49,306 nt of DNA from Gemmatimonadota bacterium (GCA_026713285.1 JAPOOT010000231.1:1-49306); one strand, 5' to 3'. Positions 37,396 through 46,730 are shown, counted from the first letter of the stretch. The notes: generated from the sequence alone by a model not told the origin. Program-made: numbers and translations.

Positions 37396-38457
37396 TCAGG
37401 TGCCTGTCTGGTCCGGCGGAACGTGCATCTTAGCTCGCAGCACTCGCATCTCTTCCCGGAAATTCGCCGCCAGCGATTGTTTCGTTTCTTCCGGAAGGAA
37501 GCTGAAGTGCACCCCGTTCAGCAGGATCTCGTCAATGGTGTCCGCGGAAAACCTGCAGGGGTCTGCCAGCAGCGCCAGTTCCTCGGTCAGCGTGGTATTG
37601 AACAGCGGAGGATCGTCCGAGTTGACAGTGACGATTACTCCCGCCTCGTGGAGTGCTTTCATGGGATGGGAAGCTGCATCGGGATAGATTCCCAGGCTGA
37701 TGTTACTCGTGGGACTGATTTCGAGCGGAATGCCGTGTTCGGCCAGGTAGTCGACGAGTTTCGGATCTTCAATGGCCCGCACCCCGTGGCCGATGCGTTC
37801 GGCGCCCAGGTCTTCAATCGCGCTCCAGATGCTCTCGGGGCCGACGTGCTCTCCCGCGTGAGGCGCGCTGCGCAGGCCGGCTGTCCTGGCCCGGTCGAAC
37901 CACGGCTCGAACGGTCCGGGAGGGTATCCTTCCTCCATGCCGCCCAGGCCCAGGGCGATCACCCCGTCATCCATCCCCTCGATGGCGACATCGGTCGTGT
38001 AATCGAATCGCCCCCGCTCGGGATAGTCGTTGCGCACCAGGTCGAACACCCAGTTGATCTCGACGCCGAAAGAGGCGCTCACCCGGCGGCGCCCTTCGGT
38101 GAGTCCCGTGAACCACACGTCCTGGCCGACCCCGTTGATCCATAGGTGGGTGCTCGGCGAAAAGGTGACCTCCGCGTACCGGATGTTCTGCCGCGCCATG
38201 TCGGCGCCGAATTCGTACACGATCAGCTCGAAGTCCTCGACGGTTCGCAGGCAGCGGGTTATCGCGACATACACCTCGATGAAATGATGGAAGTCCCTGA
38301 AACGGTACCAGTTACGCAATCCTTCCTCGGTATCTGCCGGCAGGTCGACCCGGTTGCGTTTCGCCAGCATCAGGAAGGTGGAAGGCTGGATGGAACCTTC
38401 CAGGTGCACGTGCAACTCCGCCTTGGGCGCCGCGGCGATGTATTCGTAAAGGGACAT
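37396..38457 (-). CDS. add: Adenosine deaminase
   Basis: KAELHVHLEGSI, HAGEHVGPESIWSAIEDLGAERIGHG, SPTSN and NSDDPPLF blocks align with E. coli Add as I recall it. Confidence 0.9.
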   Translation of the reverse strand: MSLYEYIAAAPKAELHVHLEGSIQPSTFLMLAKRNRVDLPADTEEGLRNWYRFRDFHHFIEVYVAITRCLRTVEDFELIVYEFGADMARQNIRYAEVTFSPSTHLWINGVGQDVWFTGLTEGRRRVSASFGVEINWVFDLVRNDYPERGRFDYTTDVAIEGMDDGVIALGLGGMEEGYPPGPFEPWFDRARTAGLRSAPHAGEHVGPESIWSAIEDLGAERIGHGVRAIEDPKLVDYLAEHGIPLEISPTSNISLGIYPDAASHPMKALHEAGVIVTVNSDDPPLFNTTLTEELALLADPCRFSADTIDEILLNGVHFSFLPEETKQSLAANFREEMRVLRAKMHVPPDQTGT

Positions 38458-38624
38458 GACAGGTACCCGTTATCAGTCTTCGTTACACATCCTGGTTTAA
38501 AGAAAGGGACAACCTGACCGCGGGACAACCATTATGCACATTTGCCATGACAATCTTTCCGCCCGACGCTATAATGTGGGGTCGGAAAACCTGTAAATCG
38601 AGCGTGTCAGAAAAGGAGCGTGAA

Positions 38625-39455
38625 GTGGAGTTATCTGTCGTCAGCGGCGGCGTGTTCAAACTGGACGGCGGGAGCATGTTCGGGATCGTTCCGAAACCGC
38701 TCTGGGAGAAGACCTGTCCCCCCGACGAAAAGAACCGGATCACCAACGACACCAATTGCCTCCTCATCAGGAAGGACGGCCGGCTCATCCTGGTCGACAC
38801 GGGCTACGGCGACAAGATGACAGAACGTGACCGGGGAATCTACGGGATGTCGGGTTCCACTGTCATCGGGTCTTTGTCGGCCCGGGGCGTGTCTCCGGAA
38901 GACATCGATCTCGTCATCCTGAGCCACCTCCACTTCGACCACGCCGGCGGCGCGACCCGAACGGACGATGACGGCCGGGTCGTTCCTGCGTTTCCCAACG
39001 CACGGTACATAGTTCAGAAGGGCGAATGGGAAGACGCGCTGAACGATTACGGCACCATGAAGACCACCTATCGCCCCGAGAACTACCAGCCCCTCATGGA
39101 AGCGGGCGCACTGACCCTGGTGGAAGGCGACGTGGAGATCGAGGAGGGGGTCCGGGTGGAGGTGACCGGCGGCCATACCCGGTACCATCAACTGGTGAAA
39201 GTGGAATCCGGCGACACCAGGGCGGTATACTCAGGTGACATCCTGCCCATGACGACCCACCTGCGCGCCCCCTACAACATGGCCTACGACCTGTTCCCCT
39301 ACGACACCATGACAGCCAAGATGCGCCTCCTCCGGCAGGCGGCCGACGAAGGCTGGATTATCGTCCTGGATCATGATGCCGGCGTCTCATCGGGCAGGAT
39401 TTCGTGCGAGGGAGAGGACCGGTTCGGATTCGAAGCGGTGGCGTTGAATCAGTAG
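38625..39455 (+). CDS. MBL-fold metallo-hydrolase
   Basis: HLHFDHAGG motif and a GGVFKLDGGSMFGIVPK N-terminal pattern. I prefer GTG 38625, with AAGGAG 7 nt upstream, over the track ATG at 38547. Confidence 0.8.
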   Translation: MELSVVSGGVFKLDGGSMFGIVPKPLWEKTCPPDEKNRITNDTNCLLIRKDGRLILVDTGYGDKMTERDRGIYGMSGSTVIGSLSARGVSPEDIDLVILSHLHFDHAGGATRTDDDGRVVPAFPNARYIVQKGEWEDALNDYGTMKTTYRPENYQPLMEAGALTLVEGDVEIEEGVRVEVTGGHTRYHQLVKVESGDTRAVYSGDILPMTTHLRAPYNMAYDLFPYDTMTAKMRLLRQAADEGWIIVLDHDAGVSSGRISCEGEDRFGFEAVALNQ

Positions 39456-39574
39456 TCAACGTGATGCGGTTCGTTCTGCGGGCCGAGTCCCGGCTGATCC
39501 GCCCGCCCGCGTCCAGGCCGATCCAGGCCGCCCGACAGCAGGCCGGATTTGGGCCGCGCGCAATGCCTCGCCGG

Positions 39575-40378
39575 TTATTCCGTACCCGCCCCGAACACCT
39601 GCGTGCGCCACATGATCCGCCGCTGCCGGTCGTCGAACGGCGTGCGGCGGTGCATGGTGCAACGGTTGTCCCACATGACCAGGTCGCCCACCTGCCAAAT
39701 GTGCTTCCATACAAAACGGGGGTCGATTGCGTGGGCGATCAATTCGTCCAGCAGTGCCTGGCCGACCTCCCGTTCCATACCGGCGATACGATAGATCAGG
39801 TGAGGGCTGACGTAGATCACGTCGCGGCCCGTTTCCGGATGAGTGCGAACGACCGGATGCATGGTGGGCTCGGGCGTATTCAGCGCGTCGATAGGATGGC
39901 GGTGGACCGCGCTCAGACCGTTGATGCGGGTCTGCACATCGGGGTTCAGCGCCTCGTAGGCAGCGTATCCGTTGGCCCACATCGTCTCGCCGCCCTCGTC
40001 GGGGATCTCCAGCGCGTACAGCAGCGAAATTGTCCCCGGCTCAGGCAGGTAGGACAGATCGGAATGGAAGGGAATTCCTTCACTGCCAAGTGCTCCGATG
40101 GGTTTGCCGTCCTCGGTCACGTTGGAGATGACGAAGATCTCCTCTATGGGACGGTCTGGTTGCGGCCTCACGTGAGGTACGGGTTCACCGAAGTACCGGG
40201 TAAACCGAACCAGGTCCGGCTGGCTGATCACCTGATCGCGAAAGAACAGCACGCAGTGATCGAGGAATGCCGCGCGAAGCCTGCCAACAGTATCCTCGTC
40301 CAAATCGCGGCGCAGATCCAGGCCGGTAACTTCCGCGCCTAGCGCGCCTCCGGTCGGTATGACTTCGAAAGTAGTCAT
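39575..40378 (-). CDS. TauD/TfdA family Fe(II)/2-oxoglutarate dioxygenase
   Basis: GAEVTGLDL, FHSDLSY (HxD), and WDNRCTMHRR near the C-terminus. ATG 40378 (MTTFEV) is preferred over the track GTG at 40408. Confidence 0.85.
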   Translation of the reverse strand: MTTFEVIPTGGALGAEVTGLDLRRDLDEDTVGRLRAAFLDHCVLFFRDQVISQPDLVRFTRYFGEPVPHVRPQPDRPIEEIFVISNVTEDGKPIGALGSEGIPFHSDLSYLPEPGTISLLYALEIPDEGGETMWANGYAAYEALNPDVQTRINGLSAVHRHPIDALNTPEPTMHPVVRTHPETGRDVIYVSPHLIYRIAGMEREVGQALLDELIAHAIDPRFVWKHIWQVGDLVMWDNRCTMHRRTPFDDRQRRIMWRTQVFGAGTE

Positions 40379-40459
40379 TATTCCCCGAAATCGCTGATCT
40401 ACATTCACAATCGATTGCGGCTTCGTGATTTTCCAGGTTTCCCCGCAGCTTCACATCCG

Positions 40460-41023
40460 TCAAACATTCGTCGCGTTCGGTTCGTCCCAGAACGCTTCCA
40501 GTTCCACGCCCAGGCCGTCCACCGTCCGGTTGCACCAGGCGAAGAAGCCTGTGATCTGGTTGATCTCCAGGATCGCCTTGTCTCCGAAACCCGCCCGCCT
40601 CAACTGCTCGATATCCGATTCGGATGTGGAAGCGGGCGCCAGGGTCAGTTTGCGGACGTAGTCCAGCATGGCGCGGTCGCCGTCGTCCAGGTCCGCCTCG
40701 CGGTAGTCTCTCTTGATCGCATCCACCAGTTCGCGGTCGTCGATCTCTCTGAGGAGCCCCTCCCCATGATGGCGGATTCAGTACTCGCACTCGTTCAGAA
40801 CCGAGACGGTCGTCGCGATCATCTCCCGCTGCCCCAGCGTGAGGTCGCAGTCCCCGTGCATGAGGCCCTTGTAGAAGGTCATAAGCGCTCTCAGCGCCTG
40901 CACGTTCAGGCTGTGGACCTTGATGATGTTGTCCACGCCTCCCCAGGATCGCATCGATCCCTGGTAGATTCTTTCCAGTGGGCCTTCCGCTTCCGATTCG
41001 TCAATGGTGCGTATCCAGGCCAT
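40460..41023 (-). CDS. AhpD-like / carboxymuconolactone decarboxylase-family peroxidase-related protein; candidate selenoprotein with in-frame TGA at 40778..40780
   Basis: Track ORFs 40778..41023 and 40460..40726 share one frame. They are separated only by one TGA and 17 sense codons. Joined, they give 187 codons with the full family layout. The TGA replaces the second Cys of CxxCxxxH (VLNE-C-E-Y-TGA-I-R-H-H). Confidence 0.6.
40750..40766 (-). promoter_or_regulatory. Candidate bacterial SECIS-like hairpin
   Basis: The mRNA 12-28 nt after the UGA is U-GGGGAG-GGG-CUCCUC-A. It can form 7 bp including one G-U pair, with a G-only apical loop. This was folded by eye only. Confidence 0.35.
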
Positions 41024-41043
41024 GGCCGTCTCCTGTGGGTTGA

Positions 41044-41892
41044 CTACAGTCCGAAGTGACGCCGCATCCGGGTTACGGCGGCCTTTTCGTCTTTGCTCAG
41101 CGACTCCAGTTCATACTCCTCTTCGGTGATCTGGTCCCGGTAATCCTCGAAGGGCAGTCCGCCTTTGCCGCTTTCATTGAAATAGGCGCTGAGCTGATAG
41201 CGCTGGAAGATGTTCATCCTGGGACAGTCCTGGGTCCAGGCCGCGGCATCGTGCAACAAGTGGGTCGAGAAAACGAGGACGTCGCCCGCGTCCATGGGCA
41301 CGGTGATCGATACGGACGGATGGTCGCCGACCTTGAGTGCGTCCGGCGTGCCGAAGGCCGACTTGTGGCTGCCCGGCACCAGGCTGAACCCGGTGCCCGC
41401 CGGCACATCCGCCAGCGCGATCCACGTGGCCAGGTGGCTGCAGTAGATCTCCCCTCCCGCCGCCTGGTAATCGTTGTGGGGATTCCGGAAGCCCGGGGGG
41501 AACTTGAAGCCGCTGTCATCCCTGTGATAGGCCTGAGCGTCCGCGTCGCCCGGCGCGGCGCGGTCCATTTTCGTGAAGTTGCAGTGAAACAGCCGGGGCA
41601 TGCCCATGGTCAGTCCAGCGACCACGCGGATGATCTCCGGATCGGCGTTCAATTCCTGGAACAGCCTGTGCCCGTACTGGATATGGTCCAGGTGTGTCTT
41701 GTAGGGCTCCTGCCGATGCCTTAAGACCGGCGCGGGGATATCGGATTCGTCGGCGGACAGCCAGCGATCGACCACCTCCAGGATACGGCCCAGTCGCTCC
41801 GGCGCAATCACGCCGCGCAGGTGAAGGTATCCCTGAAGGTCGAAATGCCACTTTTCGTTATCGGTCAGCAGATGAGCGTAAGGCGACGCCAT
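41044..41892 (-). CDS. Phytanoyl-CoA dioxygenase (PhyH) family oxygenase
   Basis: WHFDLQGYLHLRGVI N-terminal pattern, YHRDD (HxD), VPGSHK, and HLLHDA (distal His). Confidence 0.8.
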   Translation of the reverse strand: MASPYAHLLTDNEKWHFDLQGYLHLRGVIAPERLGRILEVVDRWLSADESDIPAPVLRHRQEPYKTHLDHIQYGHRLFQELNADPEIIRVVAGLTMGMPRLFHCNFTKMDRAAPGDADAQAYHRDDSGFKFPPGFRNPHNDYQAAGGEIYCSHLATWIALADVPAGTGFSLVPGSHKSAFGTPDALKVGDHPSVSITVPMDAGDVLVFSTHLLHDAAAWTQDCPRMNIFQRYQLSAYFNESGKGGLPFEDYRDQITEEEYELESLSKDEKAAVTRMRRHFGL

Positions 41893-42056
41893 AAACGGTC
41901 TTCTCAGTAATAGGCCGGCGTAGGTTACATCTGCGCCAGGTTCGCGACGAGGTTGTACGTAAACCAGCCATCACCCGTTATGAAAGTCTGCGGCGTCGCG
42001 GTCACGGCCATGTGCCAGTTTCCGTCCGCCTGCCCGTCAACCGGCACGATCGAAGT

Positions 42057-42827
42057 TCAGCGGCCCATCCAGCCGCCGTCTACAGTCAGGATCGTCCCGT
42101 TGACGTAGTTGGACGCGTCCGAGCACAGGTAGACCACGGCGCCCTTCAGGTCTTCCGGCGCGCCCCAGCGGCCCGCGGGGATCCGTTCGGAAATGGATCG
42201 GGACCGCTCCGGGTCGGTCTGCAGGGCCGACGTGAGGTCCGTTGCGATATACCCGGGCGCGATGGCGTTGACGTTGACACCCTTCGAAGCCCATTCGTTG
42301 GACAATGCCATGGCCAGCTGCCCGATCGCCCCCTTGGAGGCCGCGTAACTGGGCACGGTGATGCCGCCCTGGAAGGACAGCACGGAAGCGGTAAACACGA
42401 TCTTGCCTTTGCCGCGGGCGACCATGTCCCGACCGATTTCCCGGCTGAGAATGAACGGCGCATGCAGGTTCACGTTCATGACCGTGTCCCAGTACTCGTC
42501 GGAATGCTCCGCGGCCGGCGCCCTCAGCGTGAGGCCGGCGTTGTTGACGAGGATGTCGATCACCGGGAAATCGCGCTTGACCTTGCGAATGAAATCATAC
42601 AGCGCGTCCCGGTCGTTGAGGTCGGCGCCATACCCGGTAAACTTCCGGCCAAGGGCCGTGACCGCCCCTTCGATTTCGCTTCCGGACGGCTCCATCGACG
42701 CGCTAACGCCCACAATATCCGCGCCGGCTTCGGCCAGCCCCTCCGCAAGGCCCCTGCCGATCCCCCTGCGGCAGCCGGTTACGAGAGCGGTTCTGCCATC
42801 CAGTCTGAATGCATCCGATATGGACAT
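42057..42827 (-). CDS. kduD: SDR oxidoreductase, 2-dehydro-3-deoxy-D-gluconate 5-dehydrogenase (KduD)-like
   Basis: FRLDGRTALVTGCRRGIGRGLAEGLAEAGADIVGVS, YAASKGA (YxxxK), and the C-terminal TILTVDGGWMGR closely follow the KduD pattern I remember (VTGC..GLG.G.A.GLA.AG.DIVG ... VDGGWLAR). Confidence 0.6.
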   Translation of the reverse strand: MSISDAFRLDGRTALVTGCRRGIGRGLAEGLAEAGADIVGVSASMEPSGSEIEGAVTALGRKFTGYGADLNDRDALYDFIRKVKRDFPVIDILVNNAGLTLRAPAAEHSDEYWDTVMNVNLHAPFILSREIGRDMVARGKGKIVFTASVLSFQGGITVPSYAASKGAIGQLAMALSNEWASKGVNVNAIAPGYIATDLTSALQTDPERSRSISERIPAGRWGAPEDLKGAVVYLCSDASNYVNGTILTVDGGWMGR

Positions 42828-43014
42828 TGGTGCTTCCTTGAACGAGGATCCGGTGCCTGACTACAGGTCCGATGGATCGTCTGGTTTCGACACACACGAA
42901 GCGTCAATTAACAAGTGGATATCAGCCTGAATAAATAGCCGTTCGCAGGAGTTTTTGTCAATTGAGATTTCATGCCCTGTGGACGGCGCCGGGGTGCGCT
43001 GGGGGCGGCAGAGG

Positions 43015-44541
43015 TCATTTGTGTGTCGGGGCGAGGGTCCAGGCCTGCAGTGACCGTAACCTGGCAGCGCCACCGCGCGCAAACAGGCTGATGCCGGTGC
43101 TGTCGGCCCGCGTCGGATAGATGCGCTGGGTAACGCATTGCCGGCGGTTGGCAAAGACTTCGAGAATCGAATGGTCGAGGAAGATGCGCAAGGTCAGCCG
43201 TTCACCCGGGACCAGCTCGAATGGGCCTTCCTGGGCGGTGACGTACTGCTCGCGCTCCGACAGATGCGGCTGCTGTCTGCGGTATCGCGTGTAACGCATT
43301 TCGCGGTCGAGCGACGACCGGCCGACTTCGACCCGAATCACGGCGGCCTCTGCGTCATAGGAGACCGCGGTTTCCTCCTCGCCTCCCGGGGAGCGCCGCA
43401 CTTTAAGCCCTACTTCCCGCGCGTTCATTGGATCGATCTCAACGGCCAGTTCCAGGCAGTCTCCGCCGATTCCGTCGACCGCCGTTTCGGAATCGGCGGC
43501 TACGTCCATGGGTCCATGCCGGCGGGCATCCATCCGCAATACTTCCAGCTCCGGGACGGGATCGATCCGCAGCTGGCCGCCAGAACCCAGCGACAGAAGC
43601 CGTGGAACAGTCATAACGCCCGACCATCCCGATGCACGCTCACGCTCGTTTCCGCGCAGTTCGCGGACCCAGTCGAAGAAGATGCGCCGGCCGCTTGCGT
43701 CGAGCAGGGTTCGCGGTCCGCCGAGATGACCCCCCTCCCAGCTCATGCGTCCGTGTGTCTCGGGATAAAACCGTTCGTCCCGGACCTGGCCGATGTAGTA
43801 CTGGCTTCCCTGCAGATGGCTGCAGAAGAGCAACATGTGACGGTCGCCGAGTGGGAAGAAATCCGGCACGGCGCAGTCTTCGCCCCCTTCGGTCCACTCC
43901 CGCCGCGACCGATAGAACAAATCCACGTACTCCCATGTGCGCAGGTCCGGCGACTTGAAAAGGTATGCCGCGTCCCCCTGGTCCTGCGGGTCGCTCTTGT
44001 TGACGGCGGCGTAATACTGGTCGTCTGCCAACCACCCGCAGGGGTCGTGGATAGTGTAACGCCCGAAGTCGGCACTCCCTGGTTCGGGCTGGGGAATGAC
44101 CGGATTGCCCGGGTCTTTCGTCCACTCGATCAGCAGGTCGTCGCTGCTGCGGGCAAGACAGAGGCCGTCGGGGTTGCCATAGTAGATCAGCACCGGAACC
44201 CCTTCCTTGCTGACCAGGGCGCCCCCGCTGTAGCAGCCCTTTCGATCCGGTCCGTCCGCATCCGGGGTCAACGCCACCGGATGGTGGACCCAGTGCACGA
44301 GGTCGGTACTGGAGGCATGACCCCACTGGATGAGATGCCAGTAGGCGCCGTGCGGGTAATACTGGTAGAAAATGTGGTACCTGCCCTTCCAGAACAGGGC
44401 TCCGTTGATATCGTTCATCCATGCCGCCGGCGGCGTGAAGTGGTAGGCGGGGCGGTGCGGATCGCGGGCGAATGCGGCGGCAAGGTCGCCGGCCTCCCGG
44501 ATGCGCGTTTCCATCCGTTTAATTGGACTGTCGGCTGTCAT
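43015..44541 (-). CDS. Glycoside hydrolase family 32 (beta-fructofuranosidase/levanase-like)
   Basis: RPAYHFTPPAAWMNDINGALFWKGRYHIFYQY (WMND nucleophile block) and WGHASSTDLVHW. HDP stands at the RDP position, and EDCAVPDFF at the ECPD position. No signal peptide. Confidence 0.8.
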   Translation of the reverse strand: MTADSPIKRMETRIREAGDLAAAFARDPHRPAYHFTPPAAWMNDINGALFWKGRYHIFYQYYPHGAYWHLIQWGHASSTDLVHWVHHPVALTPDADGPDRKGCYSGGALVSKEGVPVLIYYGNPDGLCLARSSDDLLIEWTKDPGNPVIPQPEPGSADFGRYTIHDPCGWLADDQYYAAVNKSDPQDQGDAAYLFKSPDLRTWEYVDLFYRSRREWTEGGEDCAVPDFFPLGDRHMLLFCSHLQGSQYYIGQVRDERFYPETHGRMSWEGGHLGGPRTLLDASGRRIFFDWVRELRGNERERASGWSGVMTVPRLLSLGSGGQLRIDPVPELEVLRMDARRHGPMDVAADSETAVDGIGGDCLELAVEIDPMNAREVGLKVRRSPGGEEETAVSYDAEAAVIRVEVGRSSLDREMRYTRYRRQQPHLSEREQYVTAQEGPFELVPGERLTLRIFLDHSILEVFANRRQCVTQRIYPTRADSTGISLFARGGAARLRSLQAWTLAPTHK

Positions 44542-44589
44542 GGGTGCGCTCGCAGGTTGGCTGCCCGGAATTCAAGGCAGCGGACTGAC

Positions 44590-46730
44590 ACGTGAATGAA
44601 GTTACGATTTTAAAGGTGAGTCCGGACTGGCTAAACGGATTCCGGTCAGCGCCCATTCGCGGAATCAGCGAAGATGTGCTTGCCATATGGCAGACGATGG
44701 GACGTAATTTACACAATTCGGACCGGGAAATCCAAGGCGCAGTGTGTGATAATGAGCCTGGTTATGCCCTGGAGATAACCCCGGTAACCCCGGTAGCTAG
44801 TTTTCTGCATAGTCATTGTATTGTCAACGGCTTCATGTTATACTTCCAAAAACCTTGGCTCGCCCTGGCTCACCTCTCATCGTGCAGGAATAGCCGCGTA
44901 TCTTCTCCGGTAGCGACGCGTCGCCGCTTGGAAGAATCCTTTTGTGTTGGATCCCGAAGGTGTTGAGTTGTGAATTTCAATACTAGCAATGAAACGTTTC
45001 GGCAGCTCATGGGCAACGGGTTGAGTTATCACGTGCCCAGGTTCCAGCGGGATTACTCCTGGGATGTCGATGAGTGGGATGATCTGTGGCAGGACATCGT
45101 CGGTTTGTTCGGAGACGGCGCTGAATCCGCACACTACATGGGCTACCTTGTACTTCAATCTGCTGACAACAAGGTATTCGATATTATCGACGGCCAGCAA
45201 CGAATGACGACGCTCAGCCTGTTCATGCTCGCGGCGGTTTCCCATCTTACAGACCTCGCCGCCCCTGATGCTCCCAACGATCCCCAGTTCCTCCGTGCCG
45301 AACAATTGCGTAGCAGCTATATCGGGTATCTGGATCCTGTGAGCCTTGTTCCGCAGTCCAAGCTCACGCTTAACAGACACAACGATAGTTACTATCAGAA
45401 CTATCTCGTACCGTTGGATCGCCTGCCGCAAAGAGGGTTGAACGCATCTGAACACCTGCTGCGCAAGGCATTTGTCTGGTTCAAGGATCATATAAAGGAC
45501 TACAGTGGCAGCAATGGCGAGGCTGTGGCAAGATTTGTCGATCATACCGTAGACAAACTGCTCTTTACCGTAATTACGGTCACAGACGAATTGAACGCGT
45601 TCAAGGTCTTTGAGACGTTGAACGCACGAGGCGTTCGATTGTCAGCAACTGATCTGCTCAAGAACTTTCTGTTCTCCGTTGTATCGCGGGAAGCGGTCCA
45701 TGACTCGGAGATCAAGGCGCTTGAAGACCGGTGGGAGTCTATCGTCGAACTCCTTGGCAGCGAAAGCTTCCCCGAGTTTTTAAGGGTATTCTGGAATAGT
45801 CGCAACAGATTGGTTCGCAAGACGGAACTGTTCAAGACAATCCGTAGTGAAATCCAAAACAGGGAAGACGCATTCAGCCTGATACGTGACCTGGACAGGC
45901 ACGCGAGGATATACGCGGCGATACGAAACCCGGACGATACAGCCTGGATGCCGGAAGAACTCGAATGCCTCGAAAAGTTGCAGATGTTCAATGTCCGCCA
46001 GCCGTATGCCGTATTGCTTGCGGTTTTCGACAGATTCGCAGAGAGAGACCGAGGGGGGTTCCGCCGGTTCCTGAACGCGATCGTTGTAGTGTCCTTCAGG
46101 TACAACGTGATCTGTGGGCGTCAGGCCAATGAACAGGAGTTGGTATATAACGGAATCGCTCGAGACGTATCCGCAGGTAGAATCGACGATGTGAACAGTG
46201 CGATTTCCGCACTCAAACCGGTCTATCCGGAGGACAACGAGTTCAAAGCGGCTTTTGCGGAGAAGGTGCTTCGAACGACAAACACTCGAAACAAGAAGGT
46301 AGCACGTTACATATTGTTTCAACTTGATAGGCAACATTCAGAAACTGCCTTCGAGTCCGAGAGCGCGAAGTACGGCATTGAACATGTACTACCCGAAAAC
46401 CCTGGTGACGAATGGGACCAGTTCGATGAACCACAAAGGGAGTCCTCGACTTATCGTCTTGGTAACCTCACGCCATTGGATACTTCCGATAATCGGGACA
46501 TCGGGAACGCCGGCTTCGACGCGAAACGACCAGTGTACGAGGCGAGCGTTTTCTCGATCACGACGAAAATAGCGCAGGAATTTGATACGTGGACCGTAGA
46601 GAAGATACGTTTGCGGCAGCATTGGATGGCCAGGCAGGCGACGGGCATCTGGCGATTGAGTTTGTGACCTGAGATGGAATCTTTAGAGTGCTGAACGTTG
46701 AACGATCGTACAGGTTGTACACAAACGGCA
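44590..46730. other. Lower-GC compositional island carrying a single defence-type gene
   Basis: By eye the sequence here is clearly less GC-rich than the flanking GH32 and cupin genes, with many A/T-ending codons. A 430-bp non-coding leader precedes the gene. No integrase or flanking direct repeats were found. Confidence 0.5.
44970..46667 (+). CDS. DUF262 + DUF1524 two-domain protein (GmrSD-like type IV restriction / His-Me finger nuclease family)
   Basis: N-terminal DUF262 motifs are PRFQRDYSWDVDEWDDLWQDI and IIDGQQRMTTLSL. C-terminal DUF1524 motifs are IEHVLPENP, LGNLTPLD and SDNRDIGNAGFDAKR. GTG 44970 has GAAGGTG upstream. Confidence 0.8.
   Translation: MNFNTSNETFRQLMGNGLSYHVPRFQRDYSWDVDEWDDLWQDIVGLFGDGAESAHYMGYLVLQSADNKVFDIIDGQQRMTTLSLFMLAAVSHLTDLAAPDAPNDPQFLRAEQLRSSYIGYLDPVSLVPQSKLTLNRHNDSYYQNYLVPLDRLPQRGLNASEHLLRKAFVWFKDHIKDYSGSNGEAVARFVDHTVDKLLFTVITVTDELNAFKVFETLNARGVRLSATDLLKNFLFSVVSREAVHDSEIKALEDRWESIVELLGSESFPEFLRVFWNSRNRLVRKTELFKTIRSEIQNREDAFSLIRDLDRHARIYAAIRNPDDTAWMPEELECLEKLQMFNVRQPYAVLLAVFDRFAERDRGGFRRFLNAIVVVSFRYNVICGRQANEQELVYNGIARDVSAGRIDDVNSAISALKPVYPEDNEFKAAFAEKVLRTTNTRNKKVARYILFQLDRQHSETAFESESAKYGIEHVLPENPGDEWDQFDEPQRESSTYRLGNLTPLDTSDNRDIGNAGFDAKRPVYEASVFSITTKIAQEFDTWTVEKIRLRQHWMARQATGIWRLSL

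Noticed and set aside
43015-44541. GH32 catalytic blocks deviate from the consensus: IHDP instead of RDP, and EDCAVPD instead of ECPD.
   Set aside because: My alignment by eye could easily be shifted by a residue or two. Without a proper alignment I cannot claim altered catalysis.
44592-44966. 124-aa + strand ORF upstream of the DUF262/DUF1524 gene.
   Set aside because: There is no start context and the amino-acid composition is erratic (Cys/Ser/Arg-rich tail). No motif is recognisable. I treat the region as a non-coding leader, but a small regulator cannot be excluded without a search.
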